In this document: in pieces, positions 21,523 through 33,715 of the stretch | Layout: each line of letters opens with the position of its first letter | Position numbering within the stretch: the stretch's first letter is position 1 | NCBI GenBank assembly: GCA_035606275.1 | Contig: DATNFS010000135.1 | Location: forward strand, 793-64,792 | Length of the DNA: 64,000 nucleotides | Direction of reading: 5' to 3' | Origin: Rudaea sp. | GTDB lineage: Bacteria; Pseudomonadota; Gammaproteobacteria; Xanthomonadales; Rhodanobacteraceae | Position numbers and translations under genes: made by a program | Notes under the pieces: generated by a model | Told to the model about the DNA's origin: nothing | Databases searched by the model: none | The model's input: only the letters and a program-made list of their open reading frames with translations

Positions 21523-22262
21523 GCAGCCAGTTGCCGCTCGCGCTGCGCTGGCCGGCGCAGCAGCGTTTCGATTCCTATGTGCCGGGCGGCAACGGTGTTG
21601 CCTTGGCGCTGCTGCGCGACGCGGCCGTGACGGCGCAGGCGTCGTGGGTGTTCGTTGCCGGCGCCGCCGGGTGCGGCAAGTCGCACCTGCTGATCGCGGC
21701 ATGCGCGCAGGCGGACGCCGCCGGACGCAGCGCCCAGTACCTGCCGTTGCGGCGCCTGCGCGCGGACGCGGAAGCCGCGGCGCGGCCGGGCCTTGCCGGT
21801 GCGCTGCGGGCGCTCGGTGGCGGCGACCTGCTTGCGCTGGACGACATCGATGCGATTGCCGGCGATGCGGCCGCCGAGCACGCCCTGTTCGACTTGTACA
21901 ATCGTGGCAAAGTGGATAAATCCACAATGTTGTTCAGCGCCTCAGCCGCCCCGAGCCAGATCGGCATCGGGCTGCCGGACCTGGTCTCGCGCCTGTCGGC
22001 GTGCGCGCAGGCTGCGCTCCGCCCGTTGTCCGACGACGACCGTCGCGTGGCACTGCGCCGGCGCGCGCACGCGCGCGGGCTGACGCTCGACGACGGCGTG
22101 CTCGACTGGCTCTTCGCGCACACCCAGCGCGATCTGGGCAGCCTGACGGCGCTGCTTGATCGGCTCGACCGCGAATCCCTCGCTGCGCAACGGCGCATCA
22201 CGGTGCCTTTCCTGCGCCAGGTGCTCGAGACCGAGCCGAAGCCGCGCGACGCCCCCGGCTGA
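21519..22262 (+). CDS. hda: DnaA regulatory inactivator Hda
   Basis: QLPL clamp motif, GCGKSHLL, LFDLYN, LPDLVSRL, RRITVPF. Confidence 0.92.
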   Translation: MSSQLPLALRWPAQQRFDSYVPGGNGVALALLRDAAVTAQASWVFVAGAAGCGKSHLLIAACAQADAAGRSAQYLPLRRLRADAEAAARPGLAGALRALGGGDLLALDDIDAIAGDAAAEHALFDLYNRGKVDKSTMLFSASAAPSQIGIGLPDLVSRLSACAQAALRPLSDDDRRVALRRRAHARGLTLDDGVLDWLFAHTQRDLGSLTALLDRLDRESLAAQRRITVPFLRQVLETEPKPRDAPG

Positions 22263-22377
22263 CATTCCGCGCGATGCGAACGGGTCGGTCGGTCCGCTCG
22301 CCGCACCTGTTTGTTGCTCCCGCGCCCTACGCTGGCGTCGCCGACCACGAACGAAGTTCGAGAATTCCTGCGAAAAC

Positions 22378-23046
22378 TCAGCGCTTCAGATCGGCGTCGA
22401 GCGCGGCCAGGCGCTGCGGCGTGCCGACGTCGGACCAGGCGCCGCGAAAGTGTTCGCCGCTCACGCTGCCGGCGCGCATCGCAGCGCGCAGCAGCGGCAC
22501 GATCGAATATTTGCCGGGCGCGTGCGCGGCGAGCAGCTCGGGCCGGTACACGCCGATACCGGCAAAGGTCAGGCGGCCCTCTTCCTCGTCGCGCACGCAG
22601 GCGTCGCGCAGCGCAAAGTCGCCACGCGGATGATGCACGGGATTGTCGACAAGCACGAGGTGCGCCAGCCCGCGCGGATCCTGCGGTAAAGTGGAAAAGT
22701 GGAAATCCGTCCAGATATCGCCGTTGACGGCAATGAACGGCGCCGCACCCAGCAGCGGCAGTGCCCGCTGCATGCCGCCGCCGGTTTCGAGCGGCTCGGG
22801 TTCCTCGTGCGAGTAGGCGATGCGCAGCTTCCAGCGCGCGCCGTCGCCGAGCGCAGCCGGAAACTGATTTGCCAGGTGCGAGGTGTTGATCACGACCTCG
22901 CGAACGCCGGCGGCTGCGAGGTTTTCCAGGTGCCATTCGATCAGGCGCCTGCCGCCGGCGTGCAACAGCGGCTTGGGCGTCGTGTCGCTCAGCGGGCGCA
23001 TGCGCTCGCCGCGGCCGGCGGCGAAGATCAGCGCGCGCTCGATCAT
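22378..23046 (-). CDS. murU: MurNAc-alpha-1-phosphate uridylyltransferase
   Basis: AAGRGERMRPL..PKPLL, LETGGG, WSDVGTP; coupled to amgK. Confidence 0.88.
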   Translation of the reverse strand: MIERALIFAAGRGERMRPLSDTTPKPLLHAGGRRLIEWHLENLAAAGVREVVINTSHLANQFPAALGDGARWKLRIAYSHEEPEPLETGGGMQRALPLLGAAPFIAVNGDIWTDFHFSTLPQDPRGLAHLVLVDNPVHHPRGDFALRDACVRDEEEGRLTFAGIGVYRPELLAAHAPGKYSIVPLLRAAMRAGSVSGEHFRGAWSDVGTPQRLAALDADLKR

Positions 23047-24086
23047 GTCGCGGCCGCAGCTTCGTTGCGCGCTCGGCTGATGTCGCGGCCGTCGACGGCG
23101 CGTTCGAGCAGGTCGGCAAAATCGATCAGGCCGAGATAAAGGCGCGCGACGCCGAGCACGTAGTCGAGCACGCGCGGCAGATCGGCCAGGTAGCCGGCCT
23201 TGCCGTCGCGGTAGCAGAGCCGGCAGAAAAGGCCGAGCACCTTGATGTGCCGCTGCAGACCGATGACGTCGAACCAGCGGCGGAACTGCGCGCCGCCGAC
23301 CGCCACGATGCCGGCGGCGGCGAGCCGCACGCGGTACGCCTCGACCCAGGCATCGACGCGTTCGGCCGGCCAGGCGATGTAGCAGTCGCGCAGCAGCGAG
23401 GCCAGGTCGTACGCCACGGGGCCGAGCATCGCGCCCTGGAAATCGATGATGCCGGGGTTGGCCAGAAGCGTTGCGCCCTGTTGCGGCCGGCTTTCGCAAA
23501 TCAGCAGGTTGCGGCTGTGGTAGTCGCGGTGCATGAAGCAGCGCGGCTGCTCGTCGGCCGTCGCGGCAATCCGGCGAAACGCGTTCTCGATGACGTCCCA
23601 TTGCGTGCAACTGGGCACCACGCCGAGATGGCGCTCGAGGAACCACGGGCCGAGCAGCTCCATCTCGGGAATCGTGCGGGTGGCGTCGAATACCGGCAGC
23701 CGGGCGACGTCGATCGTTCGCTGCATGCGCAAAAGGGCCTCGAGCGCGTCGCCATACAGGCGGTCGGCGCTGCCTTCGTTCAGCTCCGGCAGATAGGTGC
23801 GCGCGCCCAGATCCTCCATCAGCACGAAGCCGCGTTCGGCGTCCGCGGCGAGCACCTGTGGCGCGTGCAAGCCGGCCCTGCGCAGCCGCTCGCCGATGTC
23901 GAGCCACGGGCGCACGTCCTCCACGGCCGGTGGAGCGTCCATCACGATCCAGGCGGCGGCGCCGTCGCGCACGCGCCAGTAGCTGCGGAAGCTGGCATCT
24001 GCCGAAGCCACTTCAATCGTCAGCCGCCGCCCTGACAGCTGCTGTTGGGCGAATTCGAGGCTGGCGGCGCTGCGATCGGCGGCCAT
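23043..24086 (-). CDS. amgK: Anomeric MurNAc/GlcNAc kinase (APH fold)
   Basis: DASFRSYWR, HRDYHSRNL, IDFQGA, YDLASLLRD. Confidence 0.88.
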   Translation of the reverse strand: MAADRSAASLEFAQQQLSGRRLTIEVASADASFRSYWRVRDGAAAWIVMDAPPAVEDVRPWLDIGERLRRAGLHAPQVLAADAERGFVLMEDLGARTYLPELNEGSADRLYGDALEALLRMQRTIDVARLPVFDATRTIPEMELLGPWFLERHLGVVPSCTQWDVIENAFRRIAATADEQPRCFMHRDYHSRNLLICESRPQQGATLLANPGIIDFQGAMLGPVAYDLASLLRDCYIAWPAERVDAWVEAYRVRLAAAGIVAVGGAQFRRWFDVIGLQRHIKVLGLFCRLCYRDGKAGYLADLPRVLDYVLGVARLYLGLIDFADLLERAVDGRDISRARNEAAAAT

Positions 24087-24159
24087 CGAGGGTCTTCCGG
24101 GCTGGTTGACTGGCAGGGGCCCAGTTTAGCGGCAACCGGGTGTTTTGCCCGGCGGTTCG

Positions 24160-24199
24160 TTGACGACGAAGCTTCAAAACAGTACCATTTCAGTACTGT
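24160..24199 (+). promoter_or_regulatory. Putative sigma70 promoter of the suf operon with overlapping palindromic operator
   Basis: TTGACG (24160-65), 17 bp, TACCAT (24183-88); ACAGTAC-N7-GTACTGT (24179-99). Confidence 0.7.
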
Positions 24200-24218
24200 A
24201 TCAGCGGGCCAGTGATTC

Positions 24219-24680
24219 ATGCTTCGGGTCAGCAAACTCACCGATTACGCCACTGTCGTCATGACCGTGCTCGCCGGCGTCGCCGCGGCGCGCGGCTGCG
24301 ACGCGGTGATCAGCGCGCAGGATCTGGCCGAGCGCGCGCACCTGGAACTGCCGACCGTGAGCAAGCTGCTCAAGCAGCTGGCGCATGCCGGTCTGGTCGT
24401 GTCGTTTCGCGGTGTCAACGGCGGCTATCGCCTGGCGCGTGGCGCCGAACGCATCACGATCGCCGAGGTCGTCACCGCGATGGAAGGCCCGATCGGCATG
24501 ACCGAATGCAGCGCGCAGGCCGGCCTGTGCGGCCACGAGCCGCATTGCGGCGTGCGCGTGAACTGGCAACGGATCAACCAGGCGATCGCGCAGGCACTGT
24601 CCGGTGTCACGCTCGAGGACATGGTCAAGCCGGCGCCCAGGCGCCACGCAGTGATTCCGGTCCAGCTGGCGACGGCGTGA
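24219..24680 (+). CDS. SUF system Rrf2-family regulator
   Basis: [22 protein letters not shown], three Cys (TEC..LC..HC). Confidence 0.9.
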   Translation: MLRVSKLTDYATVVMTVLAGVAAARGCDAVISAQDLAERAHLELPTVSKLLKQLAHAGLVVSFRGVNGGYRLARGAERITIAEVVTAMEGPIGMTECSAQAGLCGHEPHCGVRVNWQRINQAIAQALSGVTLEDMVKPAPRRHAVIPVQLATA

Positions 24681-26155
24681 ATACCGTGACTGCCGAACTG
24701 GCCAGACCGGCGGGCGAACTGCCATCGACGGACGTCGTCGGCGATGCGATCAATCGTCGCTACAGTGCGGGCTTCGTCACCGACATCGAAAGCGAGAGCC
24801 TGCCGCCAGGGCTGGACGAAGGTGTCGTACGCGCGATTTCGGCGCGCAAGAACGAACCGGCGTGGATGACCGATTGGCGCGTGGCGGCCTATCGCCACTG
24901 GCTGACGATGACGCCGCCGCACTGGGCCAAGCTCGACATCGCGCCGATCGATTTCCAGGCGATCAGCTATTTCTCGCAGCCGAAGAACCGGCCGAAATCG
25001 CTGGCCGATGTCGATCCGAAACTGCTGGAGACCTACGAAAAGCTCGGCGTGCCGCTGCACGAGCGCGCGCGCCTCGCCGGCGTCGCCGTCGACGCGGTAT
25101 TCGATTCGGTTTCGGTCGGCACGACGTTTCGCAAGGAGCTGGCCGAGGCCGGCGTGATCTTCTGCTCGATGTCCGAGGCGCTGCGCGAACATCCGGAACT
25201 GGTGCGCAAGTATCTGGGTACCGTCGTGCCGACCGGAGACAACTATTTTGCCGCGCTCAATTCGGCCGTGTTCTCCGACGGCAGCTTCGTGTTCGTGCCC
25301 AGGGGCGTGCGTTGTCCGATGGAACTGTCCACCTATTTTCGCATCAACGCGCGCGACACCGGCCAGTTCGAGCGCACGCTGCTGATCGCCGAAGAAGGCG
25401 CCATCGTGTCGTACCTGGAAGGCTGCACCGCGCCGATGCGCGACGAGAACCAGCTGCACGCGGCGGTGGTCGAACTGGTCGCGCTCGACGATGCCAGCAT
25501 CAAGTACTCGACCGTGCAGAACTGGTATCCGGGCGACGAGAACGGCGTCGGCGGCATCTTCAACTTCGTCACCAAGCGCGGCGACTGCCGCGGCGCGCGC
25601 TCGAAGATTTCGTGGACCCAGGTCGAGACCGGATCGGCGATCACGTGGAAATATCCCAGCTGCGTGCTGCGCGGCGACGACTCGACCGGCGAATTCAACT
25701 CGGTCGCGCTGACCCACCATCGCCAGCAGGCCGATACCGGCACGAAGATGATCCACATCGGCCGCAACACGAAGTCGAAGATCATCTCGAAGGGCATCTC
25801 GGCCGGACGCGGACAGAACACGTATCGCGGGCTGGTCAAGATCGAGAAGGGCGCCGAGGGCGCGCGCAACTATACGCAGTGCGATTCGCTGCTGATCGGC
25901 AAGAAATGTGGCGCGCACACGTTCCCGTACATCGAGGTCAAGCATCCCGGCGCGATCGTCGAGCACGAGGCGACGACGTCGAAGATTTCCGACGACCAGC
26001 TGTTCTACTGCCGCAGCCGCGGTATCGCCGAGGAAGATGCCGTATCGATGATCGTCGACGGCTTCTGCAAGCAGGTGTTCCGCGAATTGCCGATGGAATT
26101 CGCAGTCGAGGCGAAGAAGCTGCTCGAGGTATCGCTCGAGGGAGCGGTCGGATGA
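24677..26155 (+). CDS. sufB: Fe-S assembly protein SufB
   Basis: [42 protein letters not shown]; GTG start. Confidence 0.96.
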   Translation: MNTVTAELARPAGELPSTDVVGDAINRRYSAGFVTDIESESLPPGLDEGVVRAISARKNEPAWMTDWRVAAYRHWLTMTPPHWAKLDIAPIDFQAISYFSQPKNRPKSLADVDPKLLETYEKLGVPLHERARLAGVAVDAVFDSVSVGTTFRKELAEAGVIFCSMSEALREHPELVRKYLGTVVPTGDNYFAALNSAVFSDGSFVFVPRGVRCPMELSTYFRINARDTGQFERTLLIAEEGAIVSYLEGCTAPMRDENQLHAAVVELVALDDASIKYSTVQNWYPGDENGVGGIFNFVTKRGDCRGARSKISWTQVETGSAITWKYPSCVLRGDDSTGEFNSVALTHHRQQADTGTKMIHIGRNTKSKIISKGISAGRGQNTYRGLVKIEKGAEGARNYTQCDSLLIGKKCGAHTFPYIEVKHPGAIVEHEATTSKISDDQLFYCRSRGIAEEDAVSMIVDGFCKQVFRELPMEFAVEAKKLLEVSLEGAVG

Positions 26156-26775
26156 CCTCGGTACCGCAGCAGCACTGGCAGTCGGTCTACCGCGACAGGA
26201 CAGCGGCACAGACGAGCTGGTTTTGTCCGCACCTGGACATGTCGCTCGACCTGATCGCAGACCTGAAGCTGGCGCCGGCGACGGCGGTCATCGATGTGGG
26301 CGGCGGACGCTCGACCCTGGTCGACGACCTCGTCGTGCGCGGATTCAGCGACATCACGGTGCTCGACATCGCCGAAGCCGCGCTCGCCGAATCCGCGGCG
26401 CGGCTCGGCAGCGACGCGGGGCAAGTCGCCTGGCTCGTCGCGGACATCACCGCGACCGAACTGCCGCCTGCGCGCTTCGGCCTTTGGCATGACCGCGCCG
26501 TGTTCCACTTTCTCGTCGACGAAGCCGCCCGGCGCCGCTACGTCGAGCAGGCCAGCCGCGCGCTCCGGCCGGGCGGCCATCTGATCATCGCAACCTTCGC
26601 CGCCGACGGACCGGAACGCTGCAGCGGCCTGACCGTCCGGCGCTACGACGCCGAAACGCTGGCGGCGCAGTTCGCGCCGGACTTCGAACGAGTCGCCGAT
26701 CGACGCGACCTGCATCGCACGCCACGGGACAGCGAGCAGGCATTCACCTACGTCGTGCTGCGCCGCAAGTCCTGA
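26152..26775 (+). CDS. Class I SAM-dependent methyltransferase
   Basis: [27 protein letters not shown]. Confidence 0.85.
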   Translation: MTSVPQQHWQSVYRDRTAAQTSWFCPHLDMSLDLIADLKLAPATAVIDVGGGRSTLVDDLVVRGFSDITVLDIAEAALAESAARLGSDAGQVAWLVADITATELPPARFGLWHDRAVFHFLVDEAARRRYVEQASRALRPGGHLIIATFAADGPERCSGLTVRRYDAETLAAQFAPDFERVADRRDLHRTPRDSEQAFTYVVLRRKS

Positions 26776-26794
26776 ATCCGGGAACAGACCGAAC

Positions 26795-27571
<777 letters not shown>

Positions 27572-27572
27572 C

Positions 27573-28694
27573 GTGTCGGCCGTCCTGCTCGAGGAATTCG
27601 GCGGCAACGATGTACGCATTCGCGACGAATCGTGGCGCTACAGCAGGACGGCACTGCGTGCGCTCGGGCAGAACGAATTCGCGCTCGCCAACCCGCACGC
27701 CGAACTGCCGCCAGCGCTGACCGCCCGCTTCGACTGGACCGAAACGCGCGGACGGCGCATCGTGTTCGTCAATGGAACATATTCGGCGGCGTACTCCGAT
27801 GGTGCACTTGCCGGCATTTCGATCGAGCACGCCGCTGATTCCACGAGGCTGATGCTCGCCCCAGGCGCGGAACTCGTTCACCTGGTTTTTGCCAGCGTGC
27901 CGGGGGCGCAGCCAGCGCGCTGGAATGCGGGGCTCGATATCCGCGTGCGCGCGCGTGGTGCGCGCGTGATCGAACACCACGTCGGCACGGCCGGTGCCGA
28001 CGTACTTGGCGCGCTGCGATCGCAGGTCGATATCGCCGAGCAGGCCGAAGCGCAGTTCTCCACGCTATGCGACCTGCCGGATTCGGTTTCGCTGTACCGG
28101 CACAACCGCACCGGCGTGGCGGCGGACGGCGCGTTCGCCACGGCGCACGCGTTGTTCGGCGGCCGCCTGCAGCGGCACGAGGCGATCGTCGAACTGGCCG
28201 GCTCACGGTCGCGGCATTCGGCGCGCGGGGCGTTCGTGTTGCGCGGGCGCCAGCATGTCGACGTGCATCTGGACGTACGTCACGTCGCGCGCGACACGAC
28301 GGCCGATGTCGTCTGGCGTGGCGTGGCCGATCAGCGCGCGCGGGGCATCCTGCATGGCGCGATCACGGTCGCTGCCGGTGCCGACGGCGCCGACGCGCGC
28401 CTGCAGACGAAGAACCTGCTGCTGTCGCCGCACGCCGAGATCGATGCGCAACCGGTGCTCGAAATCCATGCCGACGAGGTCAAGGCCAGTCATGGTGCGA
28501 CCGTCGGCCAGCTCGACGGGATCGCGCTGTTCTACCTGCGCTCGCGCGGCATTCCCGCCGCCGCGGCGCGCGGGCTGCTGATCGGCGGCTTCTGCCGTGA
28601 GGTGTTTGCCGATATGGCCGACGCCGGTTTGCGCTTGCGCTTCGAGGCGGCGATTGGCGCACGTCTGCCGCAAGCGGGAGACGACACGCCGTGA
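27573..28694 (+). CDS. sufD: Fe-S assembly protein SufD
   Basis: ESWRYS, NLLLS, PVLEIHADEVKASHGATVGQLD, FYLRSRGI. Confidence 0.9.
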   Translation: MSAVLLEEFGGNDVRIRDESWRYSRTALRALGQNEFALANPHAELPPALTARFDWTETRGRRIVFVNGTYSAAYSDGALAGISIEHAADSTRLMLAPGAELVHLVFASVPGAQPARWNAGLDIRVRARGARVIEHHVGTAGADVLGALRSQVDIAEQAEAQFSTLCDLPDSVSLYRHNRTGVAADGAFATAHALFGGRLQRHEAIVELAGSRSRHSARGAFVLRGRQHVDVHLDVRHVARDTTADVVWRGVADQRARGILHGAITVAAGADGADARLQTKNLLLSPHAEIDAQPVLEIHADEVKASHGATVGQLDGIALFYLRSRGIPAAAARGLLIGGFCREVFADMADAGLRLRFEAAIGARLPQAGDDTP

Positions 28695-29938
28695 ACGCCG
28701 TGCAGCAGCCCGCTCCCGCGCCGTTCGATCCGCTGCGTTACCGTGCCGACTTTCCGCTGCTTTCCCGCCGCATTCACGGCAAGCCGCTGGTCTACTTCGA
28801 CAACGCCAACACGGCGCAGAAGCCGCAGGCGGTCATCGACGCGGTCGATCGCTACTACCGCGAGTACAACGCCAACGTCGCCCGGGCCGTGCACACGCTC
28901 GGCGAGGAGGCCACCAGCGCCTACGAAGCTACGCGCGACAAGCTCGCAAAGTTCGTCAACGCCGCCTCGCGCGACGAGATCGTGCTGACCGGCGGCACCA
29001 CGCAGGCGATCAACACAATCGCCTACAGCTTCGCGCTGCCGCGCCTGAAGCCGGGCGACGAGATTCTCGTCACGACGATGGAACACCACGCCAACATCGT
29101 GCCGTGGCAGCTCGTGTGCGAGCGCACCGGCGCGAAGCTGAAGGTCGCGCCGATCACGCCGGCCGGCGAGCTGATTGTCGAGCGATTCATCGAGCTGCTG
29201 ACGCCGTCGGTCAAGCTGGCGGCGGTCGTGCACGTGTCGAACGTGCTCGGCACGGTCAATCCGGTGCGTGAACTGGCGCGCGCCTGCCGCGCACGCGGCA
29301 TACCGCTGCTGGTAGACGGTTCGCAGGCTGCGCCGCACCTGGCCGTGGACGTGCAGGCGCTCGGCTGCGACTTCTACGCCTTGACCGGTCACAAACTGTT
29401 CGGGCCGACCGGGACCGGCATGCTCTGGGCGCGACGTGAATGGCTCGAAGCGATGCCGCCGTTTTTCGGCGGCGGCGAGATGATCCGGACCGTCAGTTTC
29501 GACAAGACCACATTCGCCGATCCGCCGCACAAGTTCGAGGCCGGCACGCCGAACATTGCCGGTTTCATCGGTCTTGGCGCCGCGCTCGACTATGTCGAGG
29601 GCGTCGGGCGGGAGCGCATTGCCGCGTACGAGCGTGAACTGCTCGGCTATGCAACCGTGGCGCTGAAGTCCGTGCCGGGCCTGCGCATCTTCGGCGAAGC
29701 AAAGGACAAGGCGGCGGTGATCTCGTTCCTGATCGACGGCATCCACGCCCACGATCTTGCCACGCTGCTCGACCACGAAGGCGTCGCGGTGCGCTCCGGC
29801 CATCACTGCGCGCATCCGCTGATGCAGTTCTTCGGCGTACCGGCGACGGCCCGTGCTTCGCTGGCGTTCTACAACACGCGTGACGAGGTCGACAGCCTGG
29901 TCGCGGCGATCGGGCGCGTGCGCAAGATGCTGGGTTGA
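28691..29938 (+). CDS. sufS: Cysteine desulfurase
   Basis: YFDNANTAQKP, EHHANIVPW, GHK, RSGHHCA. Confidence 0.95.
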   Translation: MNAVQQPAPAPFDPLRYRADFPLLSRRIHGKPLVYFDNANTAQKPQAVIDAVDRYYREYNANVARAVHTLGEEATSAYEATRDKLAKFVNAASRDEIVLTGGTTQAINTIAYSFALPRLKPGDEILVTTMEHHANIVPWQLVCERTGAKLKVAPITPAGELIVERFIELLTPSVKLAAVVHVSNVLGTVNPVRELARACRARGIPLLVDGSQAAPHLAVDVQALGCDFYALTGHKLFGPTGTGMLWARREWLEAMPPFFGGGEMIRTVSFDKTTFADPPHKFEAGTPNIAGFIGLGAALDYVEGVGRERIAAYERELLGYATVALKSVPGLRIFGEAKDKAAVISFLIDGIHAHDLATLLDHEGVAVRSGHHCAHPLMQFFGVPATARASLAFYNTRDEVDSLVAAIGRVRKMLG

Positions 29939-30405
29939 TCGATCCGCGCTCCCGGGACATGACCGCTGCCGCGCTCTACACGCAACTCGTCCTCGAGCAT
30001 CAGCGTGCGCCGCACAACTTCGGCGCGCTCGATGGCCATTCGCATGCCGCCGACGGCAGCAACCCGCTGTGCGGCGATGCGCTGCGCATCGAATTGCTCT
30101 GCCGCGACGGTCGCATCGCGCTGATGCATTTCCACGGCGAGGCGTGCGCCATTGCCGTTGCGGCAGCATCGATGTTGAGCGACCTGGCGGTCGGCAAGTC
30201 GCCGGCCGATGTCGCGCGGATGGAGGCGGCGTTTGGACGGCTGGTCGAAGGCTCGCTGGCGCACGACGCGGCGCTGGCCGATCTCAACGCGATGCAGGCG
30301 CTGACCCATTACCCGACGCGGCGCAAATGCGCGCTCCTGGCGTTTGCTACACTGCGAGCCGCGCTGGCCGGCACCGCATCGGCCACGACCGAGGGAAGCA
30401 GTTGA
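29935..30405 (+). CDS. sufU: SufU/NifU-type protein
   Basis: NPLCGD, ACAI, RRKCA (three Cys plus Asp). Confidence 0.85.
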   Translation: MIDPRSRDMTAAALYTQLVLEHQRAPHNFGALDGHSHAADGSNPLCGDALRIELLCRDGRIALMHFHGEACAIAVAAASMLSDLAVGKSPADVARMEAAFGRLVEGSLAHDAALADLNAMQALTHYPTRRKCALLAFATLRAALAGTASATTEGSS

Positions 30406-30950
30406 TGGACATCGTTGCGGACATTCCCGCCGTCCTGTTTCGCGATGCCGCGCCTGCCGACGTCGCGGCGATCGTCGCGCTGGTCGAGTCGGCTTATCGC
30501 GGCGAGGCAAGCCGGGCGGGGTGGACGACCGAGGCTGACATGCTCGACGGCCAGCGCGTCGACCTGGCCGGTGTCGGCGACATCGTCGGGAAGCCCGGCA
30601 ACCGCCTGCTGCTCGCCGAAGTAGACGGCGTGCTGCTGGCCTGCTGCCATCTCGAACGCCGGTGCGACAGCTGCTGTTTCGGCATGTTTTCGGTCAGGCC
30701 CACGCGCCAGCGCGCAGGTATCGGCAAGCGGATGATGGTCCAGGCCGAACGGGTCGCGCGCGAGAGCTGGCGCTGCACGCGCATGGAAATGAGCGTCATC
30801 TCGATCCGCGACGAATTGATCGCCTGGTACGAGCGGCGCGGCTATCGGCGCACCGGGCGCTTCAAGCCGTTTCCGTACGGTGACGAGCGATTTGGAATTC
30901 CCAGGCGCGACGACCTGCGCTTCGAGTTGCTGGAAAAGCGCCTCGCATGA
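30405..30950 (+). CDS. GNAT N-acetyltransferase
   Basis: SAYRG..GWTTEAD, QRAGIGK, WYERRGY. Confidence 0.85.
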   Translation: MDIVADIPAVLFRDAAPADVAAIVALVESAYRGEASRAGWTTEADMLDGQRVDLAGVGDIVGKPGNRLLLAEVDGVLLACCHLERRCDSCCFGMFSVRPTRQRAGIGKRMMVQAERVARESWRCTRMEMSVISIRDELIAWYERRGYRRTGRFKPFPYGDERFGIPRRDDLRFELLEKRLA

Positions 30951-31270
30951 TGGCCAGCTGGATTCGCGTCTGCGCCCAATCCGAACTGCTGCCCGGCGAA
31001 TACAAGGTCGCCTGGGACGGTGATGTCGCGATCGCGGTGTTCAACATCGACGGCGACCTCTATGCGATCGAGGACGTCTGCACGCACGACGGCGGTGAAC
31101 TGACCGGCGGCGAGCTGCACGGTTACGAGATCGAATGTCCGCGCCACGGTGCGCGCTTCGACGTCCGCACCGGCGCGGCGCGATGCCCGCCGGCCTACGA
31201 GCCGACTGCGGCGTTTCCCGTGAAGATCGAAGACGGCGTGATCTATTCGCGCGACGATCGCTGGGATTGA
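30947..31270 (+). CDS. Rieske [2Fe-2S] ferredoxin
   Basis: CTH and CPRH motifs. Confidence 0.9.
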   Translation: MMASWIRVCAQSELLPGEYKVAWDGDVAIAVFNIDGDLYAIEDVCTHDGGELTGGELHGYEIECPRHGARFDVRTGAARCPPAYEPTAAFPVKIEDGVIYSRDDRWD

Positions 31271-31475
31271 AACCGCCGCACGTCGACAACGGGTCTGCGC
31301 CTGGCTGAAGGGTACGGATTCCTCTTCGTGGCGTGACCTGGTTCCGGCAGGCGATCCCGATCGGCCGGACGGTTTTCCGTAGAGCAGCAGCAACCATTCC
31401 GGAGCTTCGGAGCGGCCCGGAAGCATCCGGGCGGGTGATAGCCCGCCCTGGTCTTGCAAAGTTATAATTGCGTGC

Positions 31476-31494
31476 AATAATGAGAGTCATTCTC
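31476..31494 (+). promoter_or_regulatory. Fur box
   Basis: AATAATGAGAGTCATTCTC matches GATAATGATAATCATTATC at 15/19; TATAAT at 31463-68; upstream of a TonB receptor. Confidence 0.75.
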
Positions 31495-31500
31495 ATTCGC

Positions 31501-33699
31501 ATGTCTTTCCATATGGATCGGAAGCTGTTGCCTTTGCCGGGACTCCGCCGTCTCCAGGCAGCGTTGCTGCTCGCACTGGCCTCACCGGGCGCGGCTGCAG
31601 TGGTGGCGGTTGCCGCCAGCGAGGAAGTCCCGGCGCAACCCGACGCAGGCAGCCAGACGCTCGAGGTGGTCCAGGTCACCGGCAGTGCGGCCGACAACGA
31701 CTACAACCCCTCGAGTTCGACGATCGGTGCCAAGGTGCCCACGCCCCTGCGCGACATCCCGCAGTCGGTCACCGTGATCGACCGCGCCGTGCTCGAGGCG
31801 CAGGGCGCGACGTCGCTGGCCGACGCGCTGCGCAACGTGCCGGGAATCACGATCAGCGGTGCCGAAGGCGGACAGATCGGCAACAACATCAACCTGCGCG
31901 GATTCTCGGCGCGCACCGATGTCTATCTGGACGGCGCGCGCGACCGTGGCCAGTACTATCGCGACACGTTCGATCTCGATTCGATCGAGGTGCTCAAGGG
32001 TCCATCGTCGATGCTGTTCGGGCGCGGTTCGACCGGCGGCGTCATCAACCAGGTCAGCAAGATTCCGCTGGCACATGACATCGACGAATTTTCCGCGACG
32101 CTCGGCAGCAACGATCGTTATCGCGTGTCGGCCGATTTCAACCGGCCGCTTTCCGATACGTCGGCCGGGCGCTTGAACCTGTTTGCGCAGGAAAACCATT
32201 CGAGCCGCGACGTGATGTACAACAAGGACGGCGGCATCGCGCCGAGCCTGCGCTTCGGCATCGGCACGGCGACCGAAATCACGCTGTCCGCACTGCTGCA
32301 GCGCAATCACGACATGCCCGATTACGGGTTGCCGCCGCTCAACGGCAAGCCGGCCGCGGTCGACCACGCGAACTTCTACGGCTTGACCGGTGATCGCACG
32401 AACCAGGACGTCGCCATGGTCAGCGGACGCTTCGAGCACGCGTTCAACGACAGCTTCACGCTGAAGAACCAGCTCCAGTACAACGCATACCGGACCGATG
32501 CGCTCGAAACGGCGCCGAACAACCTGGTCACGGTCGAGGGTACGGCGCTCGATCGCACGACCGGAAACTACACCGATGCGCCGCCGGGCGACATACTCGT
32601 GCAGCTCGCAAGCCACGATCGCTTGATCCACGATGCCTCGCTCGACAACCAGACCGACCTCGTCGCGAGGTTCAGCGCCGGTCCCTGGGAAAACACGTTG
32701 TTGGGCGGCCTGGAGCTCGCGCGCGATACCTACAAGAACCAGGCCTATACGCGCAGCGGACTGCCGTTGCTCTGGCTGCTGGCGCCTGCCTATGGCCCGA
32801 TGGCGCCGAATGTCGTTTCGACGCCAGCCAACCTCGCCCACGGCAGTGCCGATACGGCGGCCGTGTATGCAAACGACACGCTCGAGCTCGACGACCAGTG
32901 GCAGGCCGTCGCCGGACTGCGCCGCGATCGCTATGCGGCTACGCTCGACAATACGATTTCGGCGCCGGCCCACGCCGACCAGACCGTCTACTTCACGAGC
33001 CGGCGCGCCGGCATCATTTATCAGCCCGGCCATGAGCAGTCCTATTATCTGTCGTACGGCACGTCTTTCAATCCGTCGCTCGAAGCGCTGACGGTCACCA
33101 ACAACACGCAGAACCTGCCACCGGAATCGAACCGTTCGTTCGAAATCGGCGCGAAGTGGGATTTGCTCGACGACCGGCTCAACCTGACTGCCGCAGTGTT
33201 CGAGGTCGAGAAGACCAACGCGCGCACGCAGGTGTCGGCGACCGAGTTTTCGCTGAGCGGCGACGTGCGCGTGCGCGGTGGCGAAGTCGGTCTGGCAGGT
33301 CATCTGACCAGCGCCTGGCAGGTATTCGCCGGCTATACGCGGCTCGATGCACGCATCGTCAAGGCGCTCGACGGAACACAGGGCAATGTTCCGGCCAATA
33401 CGCCGAAAAACAGCGCGTCGTGGTGGAACAGCTATCGCATCGACGAGCAGTGGGAAATCGGCGGCGGCGCAACCTATCTGTCTCCGCGCTATGCGGCGAA
33501 CACGAACATCGTCGCGGTCGTCGGCTACACGCGCTGGGATGCGATGGTCGCCTGGCATCGGTCGAAGATCGATTTGCGCCTGAACCTGCTGAACCTTGCC
33601 GGCAAGCGGTATTTCGATGCGCTGATCCCGTCCGACGGCGGCCGGTCGATCCCCGGCGTCGGCCGCACGCTGCTGGCCACGATCGACTGGAAACCCTGA
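31501..33699 (+). CDS. TonB-dependent siderophore receptor (Fiu/PiuA-like); start approximate
   Basis: Signal peptide, TonB box [26 protein letters not shown], terminal beta-strand. Confidence 0.9.
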   Translation: MSFHMDRKLLPLPGLRRLQAALLLALASPGAAAVVAVAASEEVPAQPDAGSQTLEVVQVTGSAADNDYNPSSSTIGAKVPTPLRDIPQSVTVIDRAVLEAQGATSLADALRNVPGITISGAEGGQIGNNINLRGFSARTDVYLDGARDRGQYYRDTFDLDSIEVLKGPSSMLFGRGSTGGVINQVSKIPLAHDIDEFSATLGSNDRYRVSADFNRPLSDTSAGRLNLFAQENHSSRDVMYNKDGGIAPSLRFGIGTATEITLSALLQRNHDMPDYGLPPLNGKPAAVDHANFYGLTGDRTNQDVAMVSGRFEHAFNDSFTLKNQLQYNAYRTDALETAPNNLVTVEGTALDRTTGNYTDAPPGDILVQLASHDRLIHDASLDNQTDLVARFSAGPWENTLLGGLELARDTYKNQAYTRSGLPLLWLLAPAYGPMAPNVVSTPANLAHGSADTAAVYANDTLELDDQWQAVAGLRRDRYAATLDNTISAPAHADQTVYFTSRRAGIIYQPGHEQSYYLSYGTSFNPSLEALTVTNNTQNLPPESNRSFEIGAKWDLLDDRLNLTAAVFEVEKTNARTQVSATEFSLSGDVRVRGGEVGLAGHLTSAWQVFAGYTRLDARIVKALDGTQGNVPANTPKNSASWWNSYRIDEQWEIGGGATYLSPRYAANTNIVAVVGYTRWDAMVAWHRSKIDLRLNLLNLAGKRYFDALIPSDGGRSIPGVGRTLLATIDWKP

Positions 33700-33715
33700 A
33701 AGCCGGAGACGCGCA

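Noticed and set aside
22378-24086. amgK-murU as a novelty or an aminoglycoside resistance gene
   Set aside because: Known peptidoglycan recycling pair; the APH fold here is AmgK
24862-26775. 637-aa ORF overlapping sufB
   Set aside because: Only the last 207 aa are the methyltransferase; the rest is alternative-frame sequence
31271-31450. Hairpins before the TonB receptor as a possible cobalamin or other riboswitch
   Set aside because: No recognisable conserved core; the Fur box accounts for regulation
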